From positions 128,001-192,000 of the IMG/VR virus record IMGVR_UViG_3300031555_004710: a DNA stretch of 64,000 bases; one strand, 5' to 3'. The notes beneath the pieces are model-generated. The model searched no databases. It was not told where the DNA came from and was given only the letters and a program-made list of their open reading frames with translations. The stretch is from a virus. Its lineage: Duplodnaviria > Caudoviricetes. The position numbers and the translations under genes were made by a program. This document shows positions 51,401 through 58,925 of the stretch, piece by piece. The first letter of the stretch is position 1; every line of letters begins with the position of its first letter.

Positions 51401-52174
51401 AATCGTAATACATTTGCTTATTCTACCGATGGTATTAATTGGATGGAAAATGAAGTTATTATGAGTGACAATCTCAATACAACCTATTCTAGCATATGTT
51501 ATGGTAATGGTAAGTATGTAGCAAGTAGATATACCGATAATATAGTATACTCTACTGATGGCATTAATTGGATAGAAGTATCATTAGATAATTTCGGTGG
51601 AAGTTGGAATGACGTATGTTATGGAGATGGTAAATTTGTAGTAGTAGGGGATGCTGCTGGTGCAATAATTGCTTACTCTACCGATGGTATTAATTGGACA
51701 CATGCTAGCACTGGTGCTGCTAATCTTAGCTATATAAAATACTGTGATGGTAAATTTATGTCAATCGATGATACCAATAATCTCGTATATTCTGATGATG
51801 GTATTAATTGGAATTGGCATGAAATGGATATATCTATACCAGTTATCTATGATATGTGCTATGGAGATGGTAAATTTGTTGCAATTGGATGGGAAGATGA
51901 CCAGAGTACCGAACCGTGGGGAACAACATCTTTTCTAACATATTCGACTGATGGTAGTACTTGGACAACTGTCTATATAGATATAGGTATTGAATGGGAT
52001 TCTATATGCTATGGGGATGGTAAATTTGTAGTAGATAAGGGTTATTATTCTATCGATGGTATTAATTGGATGCAGACTGGTACTACTTCACTAAATAGTA
52101 TCTGTTACGGCAATGATAAATTTGTAGGAGTTAATTATAATTCATCTAAATCCACATTACTAATAGATTTTTAA
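48449..52174 (+). CDS. Large virion/adsorption-type protein with two seven-repeat beta-propellers
   Basis: Two separated blocks of 7 SICYGDGKFVA...YSTDGINW repeats; likely start 48470. Confidence 0.7.
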   Translation: MKGCVFIMAMPITKARKERIDVLNQDIDTKLSEIKSTYENSGFGFDAVAANGFSRSNLVQDLNNNVHGIAVPEESEIISLGNVNGYETVNAFPLKGNCKNGVKYADPNNPAEVYVENNSNTLVTDRADENLDIDRWTSRTIFKFKSENYGYDRCVYVIPIADLANGFIINSEKDTPHGNTLKNYPYPEEIIMTSQKTEKNFIHFINVQYTDSHYGHFNGRNYNLMIVKNRTRYGVLDESGNSFKEYTSVYANDIETELAYVDNGYLYLPVPSPAFGEEMLDTLWDCRVIWRRDIPDRNISINLEINSDSRDIYANWKDVVVESEGRFWDSICYGDGKFVAIGSTTNLTDDTICAYSTDCINWTVTTVSSNKRISSDICYGGGKFVAIGSGTTFAYSTDCINWTEITVSNTFNLWSSICYGGGKFVAICSGTTFAYSTNGIKWTEITVCNTEVLVWKTICYGDGKFVALSSNPNLFVYSTNGINWTEGTIGNIRKYWSSICYGDGKFVAISSGNDSNSSIIFAYSTDGINWTEYTIESAVRFWDSICYGDGKFVAIANYSPNKQFIFAYSTDGINWTEGSMSIYTTGWKSICYGDGKFVSVGAYHPFTYINSDEINRFDDVNSMQIIDDRIHLGFGNKDYIAYNRSSNLNLTGEYYDIVNSIIDGRCVITDDGTIKIAPLFNDSYNLIQPLQDDRFEYYWGVGCPNQIFKISDNNYLGFYYKYCDHIGDDYIDEVTQLYWGIFDSSMRTINPVPSDDSHIPEPYPCQYYSSEFMNTGKIIKVFRDNINEVTQKSSYLVFAQRGIYRFNFCMTGIDAIELTSIETILTLESKYNRYTLYDIERISDSEFYFIYDIECVKVDIIDKTMSHICSLANILFGRTCIADLGLGESNIQRYLYDSNQLIIPNNSYYDTALIESDSKIKYKYGIFKNEKYEPILHKLVEKFSFDKELMQPPSYWISREYTISTSYKYNDISYSDDRFIAKNPNRNTFAYSTDGINWMENEVIMSDNLNTTYSSICYGNGKYVASRYTDNIVYSTDGINWIEVSLDNFGGSWNDVCYGDGKFVVVGDAAGAIIAYSTDGINWTHASTGAANLSYIKYCDGKFMSIDDTNNLVYSDDGINWNWHEMDISIPVIYDMCYGDGKFVAIGWEDDQSTEPWGTTSFLTYSTDGSTWTTVYIDIGIEWDSICYGDGKFVVDKGYYSIDGINWMQTGTTSLNSICYGNDKFVGVNYNSSKSTLLIDF
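49425..50250 (+). repeat. Coding tandem repeat, about 120-140 bp x7
   Basis: atatg(c/t)tatggtg(a/g)tggaaaattcgtagct recurs; 49577-49669 and 49697-49789 differ at only 4 positions. Confidence 0.9.
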
Positions 52175-52350
52175 TACTAACTTATATTCATATATTATAC
52201 ATTCAATAATAGCAGAGAGATCATAATGGATAAATTCAGATAAAATCTTAATATACTTATAGTTTCACTATCTATTTTACATTAATTTATCTTTTATAAT
52301 AATCTTTGTGATATTATTTAATTCTATAAATACTTTTAAAATAAATATAA

Positions 52351-52383
52351 ATATATAGCGAGAGTTTAACTCTCGCTATATAT
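52351..52383. terminator. Intrinsic terminator
   Basis: atatatagcgagagtt t aactctcgctatatat. Confidence 0.8.
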
Positions 52384-52407
52384 GCTTTTTTATTTAAGTT
52401 TTATTCA

Positions 52408-52423
52408 TGTATTATTTTTATGA
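52408..52423 (+). promoter_or_regulatory. Putative early promoter TGTATTAT-tttta-TG
   Basis: Recurring motif. Confidence 0.5.
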
Positions 52424-52437
52424 GGTGATATTATATT

Positions 52438-52806
52438 ATGAAAATTTTTAGATATTATTATAATAAGACAAAAACTTTTAGAAAAGCTGGTTTTCTTACT
52501 AGAGTTGGTGATATAATAGAATTTCATGAAAATCATCGAGATATATTAGAAGCATTGACAAAATATTTTGATGATGAATTACCATTTCCAGATGATCGAT
52601 TATTTGATTTAAGCAGAAATGGTATTAGAATGACAAGTTGGTTTACTTCTGTTGGTAATGAGAAATTCAAACTTCATATTTCTAGAATAAATAAATATAT
52701 TAAGAAGAGATTTAATCAAAATATGATTTGTAATGTGAAAGATATTTCAGAAAATAATAAAGATATTCTTTATCAGGATAAGTATCAAGTTACATTAAAA
52801 GAATAG
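52438..52806 (+). CDS. Hypothetical protein
   Basis: GAGGTG RBS; SWFT..G and ILYQDKYQV motifs. Confidence 0.7.
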   Translation: MKIFRYYYNKTKTFRKAGFLTRVGDIIEFHENHRDILEALTKYFDDELPFPDDRLFDLSRNGIRMTSWFTSVGNEKFKLHISRINKYIKKRFNQNMICNVKDISENNKDILYQDKYQVTLKE

Positions 52807-52900
52807 AAGATAATTGATATCTTCTATTCTTTTTTATTTTTAATTTAACTTATAAGTAATTGATTTAATACCTAGATTTTTTTAATCGGCTTGGTATTAA

Positions 52901-52915
52901 TATATTATTTTTATG
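52901..52915 (+). promoter_or_regulatory. Putative early promoter TATATTAT-tttta-TG
   Basis: Heads the operon containing RNAP beta'-N. Confidence 0.6.
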
Positions 52916-52936
52916 TAATAGAAAGGAGTTGCTAAT

Positions 52937-53812
52937 ATGCAAGGGAACATAAAAGGAAAATTTAAAGTAATAACACTTTGCGGTTCAAGTAAATTCAAGA
53001 AAGAATTTATAGAAGTTGCAGAAAAACTTTCATTGGAAGGAAATATTGTAATTTCATTAGGATTATTTGGTCATGCTGATAATAAGTTTGCTACAGTGAT
53101 AACTGATGATGTTAAAGCAATGCTTGACGCAGCGCATAAACAAAAAATTGAAATGTCTGATGCAATTTATGTAATAAATCCAGGAGGATATATAGGAGAC
53201 TCAACTAGAAGTGAAATAGGTTATGCAATTAATCTTGGAAAAGAAGTTCATTTCTTAGAACCAATAAAAAGTATTCAAAAAATCGGTGATATATATAAAG
53301 TTATTACTGATAATGATACTCTTGATTCACCTGGAGATCCTATGAATAATGATATTATTACGTATAAAATAGATGATTTTAAGTATTTTGATGATTTATG
53401 TTCATTCTATAGAAATACACCAAAAGAAGAAGTTATAGATAAAAATCTTTTATTTAGAATAACTGCATCTGGTGGATATGATTATCGTAATAAATATATC
53501 GAAGAAGACGATCTTATAAAACCAATTATTGTAGATGGTTTATTGACTTGGATTAAAATACCATTATCATTTGATGGATTATCATTGTCGACTAGTTTCA
53601 AAGACCTTTGTGAAACATTTAATCCACATATACACATGGCTAAATTTGGTAAAGTTTATCAAATTATAAAGGGTGGAGGAAAAGATTATTATGGTGAGCC
53701 TATAATGGATGGTGATTATTTAACATATCATGATACTAAAAAAGGAGTTTATGCATGGAGTAAACTCCACAGTAAATTATTGGAGGTAATACAAAATGAG
53801 CAAATCAAATAA
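52937..53812 (+). CDS. NDT/DUF4406-like Rossmannoid domain fused to a repeated C-terminal module
   Basis: VITLCGSSKFK...H.QKI.MSDAIYVINPGGYIGDSTRSEI.YA. Confidence 0.65.
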   Translation: MQGNIKGKFKVITLCGSSKFKKEFIEVAEKLSLEGNIVISLGLFGHADNKFATVITDDVKAMLDAAHKQKIEMSDAIYVINPGGYIGDSTRSEIGYAINLGKEVHFLEPIKSIQKIGDIYKVITDNDTLDSPGDPMNNDIITYKIDDFKYFDDLCSFYRNTPKEEVIDKNLLFRITASGGYDYRNKYIEEDDLIKPIIVDGLLTWIKIPLSFDGLSLSTSFKDLCETFNPHIHMAKFGKVYQIIKGGGKDYYGEPIMDGDYLTYHDTKKGVYAWSKLHSKLLEVIQNEQIK

Positions 53813-55086
53813 ATGTAATATAGAATACGTTAGAGTAGAAAAGATACCACTTGACTTAGAGTGTTGGCATGATATTGCTACTGGCAATGGTATTAGACTT
53901 ACTTCAGTTGAATCTTTTGATAAAAAGAATCAGAAGATATATAGAGGGCTTCAGTCAGAATTCTTTGGTTCAGACTTTTCATCAGACTGGGCTTTTAAAG
54001 AAAGATATAGTTGTAAATGTGGAAAATATATGGCTAAAGCATATTCTGGAATGGTATGTGATTTCTGTGGCACTAAAGTAGAATATCACGATATTGACCT
54101 TAAGAAAACTGGATGGGTAATTCTTGATAAGTTCGAAGTTCTTTCTCCTATATATTCGGCAAAACTTACAGAAGCGTTAGGTAAGGCTGATGGAGAATCT
54201 GTACTTAGAATGATACTTAATCGTAGATATCATGAAGAAGGGGTAATTGAGTACTCTGAAAAAGAATTAACAAACATAAAGAAGCATCCATTTTCTCAAA
54301 GAGGTATGCAGTGGCTTAGAGAGAATATAATGGAAGTATTAGACTTCTACGAAAAGAGAAAACCTGGTAAACAAAAACTCTTTGAAGAACTTAGAAATGA
54401 ACAGGCTAATATGTGGACACATTCTATTCCTATTTACAGTTCTCTTTTAAGAACAGAACTTCCTGGAGAAAAAGGTTCTAAAAACTTTAAGCTTAAAGTA
54501 AACACTCATTTCAAATCAATCATTCGATTAGTAAATGCAATTAATGATATAGACCCAGATGATATGGATTATATCACATTAAATTCTATAGATATATATC
54601 TTGCAGGAATTCAAAAAGAAATAGACCAAGTATTTGATGTTACTTTTAAAGACCTTACAGATAAAACTGGTATTATAACAAGTAAGATACTCGGTGGAAG
54701 ATATAACTTTAGTTCAAGAGATATTATAGTTCCTGATAGTGGAACTTTAAGGTCTGATGAAGTTATAATAGGATATATACCATTTCTTGAATTATATAGA
54801 TATGAAATTCAGAATGAATATAGAAAAATACATGGCTGTACTCCAGCACAAGCAAATACTGCTTGGAAAAGAGCGACTAATCATTTCGATCCTAAGATTT
54901 ATGCTATAATAGAGCATATGGTTAATGACCCTGAATATAGAAGATATTTAGGTGTATTGATTAACAGAAATCCTAGTATAAACTATGGATCATTTGATTA
55001 TGTTAAAATCGTTGGTGTTAAGAAAGATATCTCGGATAAAACTCTTACAATACCAACACACATAATAGTTCCAATGAATGCCGACT
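53796..55086 (+). CDS. rpoC: Phage RNA polymerase beta' subunit N-terminal half, exon 1 (join 53796..55086,55414..55589; 488 aa)
   Basis: Zn finger YSCKCG...CDFCGT, ILGGRYNFSSR.IIVP, INRNPS, ending PMNAD+T. Confidence 0.92.
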
Positions 55087-55413
55087 TAACAAATCCGTTG
55101 AGGTCGGGTACAGTAGTAATATTGTACATGTATCTAGGTGAACGCTTAACCAGCGGTGTCTATTCTATAGGCTAACGGTAGAAGTTAGATAAGCATTATA
55201 GATGTCGAATACGCTTCGTAAGAAAAGCTACGGTCCATTTATAATATGGATAGCAGCCAATACCGTGCCAAGCTTCTATATACATATAGTTGAAGGTGTA
55301 GAGACTAATTATTAGGATATATGATGGAAAGCATATATTCGAAGCGCCTAGCTCCTATGTAAATAGGATGAAGATATAGTCCACATATTATTGAAAAATA
55401 GTAATTATTATTG
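55087..55413 (+). mobile_element. Group I self-splicing intron (IA-like, no homing endonuclease), 327 nt
   Basis: 5' exon ends in U paired to IGS (ccgacu/ggucgg); terminal G at 55413; P7 elements GUAGAGACUA and GAAGAUAUAGUCC; P3 cuaggug/cgccuag; GNRA loops; removal restores NADFDGD. Confidence 0.95.
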
Positions 55414-55589
55414 TCGATGGCGATTTGCTTAATGTATTTCGTATTATTGGAATGGATTTCCAGAAACGATTTGAGAAAAATATGAATCCAAGATACAATT
55501 TATTTGTATCCAGAGCAGATGGTAAAGTTAACAAAGAGGTCGTACCAGTTAAGGATGAGCTTGTCTGTTTCTGGGCATTTAATAATTAA
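55414..55589 (+). CDS. rpoC: RNA polymerase beta'-N, exon 2 (not in ORF track)
   Basis: (T)TC GAT GGC GAT... = FDGDLLNVFRIIGMDFQKRFEKNMNPRYNLFVSRADGK...FNN*. Confidence 0.92.
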
Positions 55590-55596
55590 TAAACTA

Positions 55597-55632
55597 ATTT
55601 CCAAGTATGTATTTATTTACATACTTGGAAAT
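55597..55632. terminator. Hairpin after RNAP exon 2
   Basis: atttccaagtatgta...tacatacttggaaat. Confidence 0.7.
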
Positions 55633-55658
55633 AAATATTTGTTAAGAGGTGATTTTTA

Positions 55659-55916
55659 ATGTTCATGAAATATACTGGTCCTAATATTGTAGATCATGAA
55701 TTAGTAAATGGTAAAATATATGATGTCGATAATAGATGGAACTGGCATTATCGTCATATGTCACGTATCAAGGGGACTGAGGTATGGGTAAATAGAAAAT
55801 TCTTAAAGCCTCTATATCTTAGATCATCATTATTGCATCTTATAGTAAAATTTATATTAAAGTTATTAATAGCTACTATATTGGTAACTATTATTCGTAA
55901 ATTATTTATTAATTAA
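55659..55916 (+). CDS. Small protein with C-terminal TM helix
   Basis: GAGGTG RBS; N-terminus resembles that of the next gene. Confidence 0.65.
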   Translation: MFMKYTGPNIVDHELVNGKIYDVDNRWNWHYRHMSRIKGTEVWVNRKFLKPLYLRSSLLHLIVKFILKLLIATILVTIIRKLFIN

Positions 55917-55928
55917 GGAGGGAGTTTT

Positions 55929-56546
55929 ATGTTTCTTAAATATATAGGAGAACAGCAACCGGGAATATATGCATTAACTCCAAATAAATACTATCATGTA
56001 AACCTTAAGGTAACCGATGATGCATTGGAAGGAACTGATTGTAGAGAAGGTACTAAATATATTTTAGAAAGAGTGACTGAAGATGGTACTATAGTTAGCT
56101 ATGTACATTTTAGTATTGATGAAATAAATCGAAATTGGGAAGCATATGAGGGATTTACAAAAACCACAGTAATTCATAAACTTGTAAGAGATCGAATCCC
56201 AGAAAAGATAATTCATAATGATCAATTGAAAGAAGTACCATTCTACCATAAATTAACTGATAAAAATGAAATTCTTCATGCTCTAGAAAAGAAACTTGAT
56301 GAGGAAGTTAAAGAATTTAAAGAATGCAGAGATGTAGAAGAACTTGCAGACATTGTAGAAGTTATATATGGTATATTATACCAATTAGAAGTTGACAAAA
56401 AATCCTTCTTTGGTATTGTAGATCGTAAACGAGCTCTTAACGGTGGCTTTAAAAATGGTATAGTATTAGACTATACTGTGGCAGATGAGTATAATCCTAC
56501 TGCATCTCCAGTATATTATTTCGTGAGTAGAAAGGAAGATGAATAA
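55929..56546 (+). CDS. MazG-like/PRA-PH-like nucleotide pyrophosphohydrolase with N-terminal extension
   Basis: KLVRDRIPE, KLDEEVKEF, EELADIVEVI, KR...GGFKNG. Confidence 0.8.
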   Translation: MFLKYIGEQQPGIYALTPNKYYHVNLKVTDDALEGTDCREGTKYILERVTEDGTIVSYVHFSIDEINRNWEAYEGFTKTTVIHKLVRDRIPEKIIHNDQLKEVPFYHKLTDKNEILHALEKKLDEEVKEFKECRDVEELADIVEVIYGILYQLEVDKKSFFGIVDRKRALNGGFKNGIVLDYTVADEYNPTASPVYYFVSRKEDE

Positions 56547-57187
56547 TGATAAAACCTAAATGTATCATTACAAAGGCAAAGACAAAAATTGATAAAACTG
56601 CTGAAGAATATAAAAAACTTATAAATTTAGAAGAAGAAAAAATCGATAATGATTCAAAAGATTCTGAAAAAGATTATCCACGATCATATGGTGGAAGATC
56701 GGGTCCATATAATGAAAAAATAGTAGCAAATGCTGATGAAATATTTAATAATGAAATACTTCAGCATGTAAAATTAACTCCAGATATCAAATGGATAAGT
56801 GCTAAAGAAGTAAGATATATTTATGAAAATATGGTTAAAAGTATGGTTAATGAAATAGGTGTGGTATATCTACATTTAGAAGAGAAAGATATAGTACAAT
56901 CGATTTGTTTATCAAAACAAGGAATTGATCCAATTGAGTTAATTGGTAAAGCTACATGTAATCTTGCAAGAATAAATAACAAATATTCTACATATCTTGC
57001 AGCTACAATTTTTATTACATTATGTAGAGAAAATTCAATTTCAATAAACATTAAGAGTGAAACACTTCTTCACACCTTAAATAAAGTAAAATATAATACA
57101 GTAACTTATGATAGTTTTATAAATATGATATCTGGAGATTCATCACTTAAATCATGCTCTAGTGGAATGGTTGCTACTATTTTATAA
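56546..57187 (+). CDS. Degenerate Doc/Fic-like protein
   Basis: C-terminal half aligns with the 57526 paralog (WIS..EV..I, GV, AATIF.TLC..N); no Fic motif. Confidence 0.45.
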   Translation: MIKPKCIITKAKTKIDKTAEEYKKLINLEEEKIDNDSKDSEKDYPRSYGGRSGPYNEKIVANADEIFNNEILQHVKLTPDIKWISAKEVRYIYENMVKSMVNEIGVVYLHLEEKDIVQSICLSKQGIDPIELIGKATCNLARINNKYSTYLAATIFITLCRENSISINIKSETLLHTLNKVKYNTVTYDSFINMISGDSSLKSCSSGMVATIL

Positions 57188-57254
57188 ATAGAATTAATTC
57201 CTTTTAAACTATTAATTAATAAAGTATGAATAGTTAGAGGAGGAATGATTAATA

Positions 57255-57482
57255 ATGAGTAATGATAAAGAATATATTCAGCTTTTGACAGAGAAAAGAA
57301 ATATTGAAAGGCATGAAAAAATTTTAAAACAAGTTCCATCTAAAGCAGATTACAAACATTCTAAAAAAATATTAGAGGATTTTGATATTACTGATGTTGA
57401 TATACCAGAGTTTGATTCTAAATTAGAACTAGAACGATTTATAAAAACTACAATTTCTACACATTTAGATAAATACGAATAA
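57255..57482 (+). CDS. Small hypothetical protein
   Basis: GAGGAGG RBS; 75 aa. Confidence 0.7.
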   Translation: MSNDKEYIQLLTEKRNIERHEKILKQVPSKADYKHSKKILEDFDITDVDIPEFDSKLELERFIKTTISTHLDKYE

Positions 57483-57509
57483 TAGCAATATTGCTATTAT
57501 TCGTATTTA
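57470..57509. terminator. Perfect 40-bp palindrome
   Basis: taaatacgaataatagcaat|attgctattattcgtattta. Confidence 0.7.
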
Positions 57510-57525
57510 ATAATTAAAAAGGAGA

Positions 57526-58014
57526 ATGATTATGGTTAGGACTAAAGATGTACTTGATATTGCTAAAAATATTATAGATGAAAATATAGAGGAGTTTTCA
57601 TCAATGTTTCATGGAAGAGATCCTAGACATGGAGATATTGAATGGATCACAGTTGATGATGTATTATCAATTCATAATGAAATCATCGATAAATTAAATG
57701 GCCGTAAAGGAGTTCATAATCTAATTGATTTGAAATATGCAGTTGATTTTCCTATTATGAATATTGAAGGATGTCCACCTAAGCCAACATTTGAGAAAAT
57801 ATGTAATTGCGCATATCTTTTAGGAAGATGCTTTGTTGATTGTGGTGCACAGGTTGCCGCAACTGTTTTCTGTACGCTCTGTAAAAAGAATAACTATGAA
57901 GTTAAATTTAAACTAGGAGATATCTATGACATATTTTCAAAAACTATAGGACCAAATATTGAGTTTAGTGAATTTCATTATTCATTATCAGAACTCACAA
58001 AACGCAATTTTTAA
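57526..58014 (+). CDS. Doc (death-on-curing)/Fic-like protein with degenerate active site
   Basis: ITVDDVLSIHNEII...GRKGVHNL..L..AV..P...TFEK; the HPFxDGNKR position reads RCFVDCGAQ. Confidence 0.65.
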   Translation: MIMVRTKDVLDIAKNIIDENIEEFSSMFHGRDPRHGDIEWITVDDVLSIHNEIIDKLNGRKGVHNLIDLKYAVDFPIMNIEGCPPKPTFEKICNCAYLLGRCFVDCGAQVAATVFCTLCKKNNYEVKFKLGDIYDIFSKTIGPNIEFSEFHYSLSELTKRNF

Positions 58015-58082
58015 AAGAGAGTATATAATACTCTCTTTTATTTTTTCGTTTAAATTAAAATTTACACAAACCACGAAAATAT

Positions 58083-58094
58083 AACATTTCATTA
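58083..58094 (+). promoter_or_regulatory. Putative late promoter AACA-N6-TA
   Basis: aaca tttcat ta. Confidence 0.65.
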
Positions 58095-58114
58095 ACTTTT
58101 TAAGATAAAACGAG

Positions 58115-58873
58115 GTGATATTTATTATGACAATTGCTGAATATTTACAAAATCCTTATGGAAAAGGCTCGGCATTTTCGTCGAGCTCAAAACAGAAAGA
58201 TGATTTGGATAAGCAATTTAAACAAATCTCTGAAAAGATAATTTCAAAAATTTATCGTTATCGTGATTTTGTTATATATCATGTAATCGTTCCTAGTACC
58301 AAAAAAGACTTTGTTAATTATGATGTAGTAATTGAAGTAGAAACAAAGAAACTTCATGAAGGAGCAGCAAATTTGGAAGGACTTGAATTTAAAGTATTCT
58401 CAAATTGCCCTTCATTCATATTTACATATGCACATGTTTTTAGGGGTAGTGGAATGTTATGTGACTGGCTTCTTCCTAAATATAATAAAGAAGTTAGGAC
58501 AAAAGCTCCAGTTAAACGAAATCAATACGGTATCGTAGGCTTAGAAAGAAGTGTGTATTTAGCACTTAAGCATTTACATGCTAGTGGAAAAACCCATTTT
58601 GGAGTTTATCAAACTGCTGGAAAGAAAGTTCATGGTAGAAATGAGATTATTAATGCCGTTAGAACTCAGCAGCAAATTATGGATAGGGTTAAGGAAAAAA
58701 TTCCTGCACATAAAGACCCTTCAGCATTTAGTCCAAAAACAATTGCTACAAATCCCCATGCCAATAAAGATAGGACAACTCGAACTACAGTTTTTACAAA
58801 ATCTGTAAAAAATATAAAGAGTGGAAAAATGACAAAAAGTACAAAAACATCAAAAACGACGAAAAAAATATAA
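58115..58873 (+). CDS. Hypothetical protein with K/T-rich basic tail
   Basis: 252-aa ORF; YDVVIEV...KVFSNCPSF.FTYA. Confidence 0.7.
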   Translation: MIFIMTIAEYLQNPYGKGSAFSSSSKQKDDLDKQFKQISEKIISKIYRYRDFVIYHVIVPSTKKDFVNYDVVIEVETKKLHEGAANLEGLEFKVFSNCPSFIFTYAHVFRGSGMLCDWLLPKYNKEVRTKAPVKRNQYGIVGLERSVYLALKHLHASGKTHFGVYQTAGKKVHGRNEIINAVRTQQQIMDRVKEKIPAHKDPSAFSPKTIATNPHANKDRTTRTTVFTKSVKNIKSGKMTKSTKTSKTTKKI

Positions 58874-58925
58874 ATCAATATATTTTTTTTATGTATATTA
58901 AAAAGATTATGAGGAGGCTAAAACA

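Noticed and set aside
38508-52174. Diversity-generating retroelement acting on the repeat proteins
   Set aside because: No reverse transcriptase or non-coding template repeat in the window, and differences between near-identical units are not adenine-specific.
55087-55175. C-terminus LTNPLRSGTVV...YSIG of the 459-aa ORF
   Set aside because: It is read-through into the intron; the real C-terminus is exon 2.
55087-55413. Homing endonuclease inside the intron
   Set aside because: The intron is only 327 nt and is filled by core helices.
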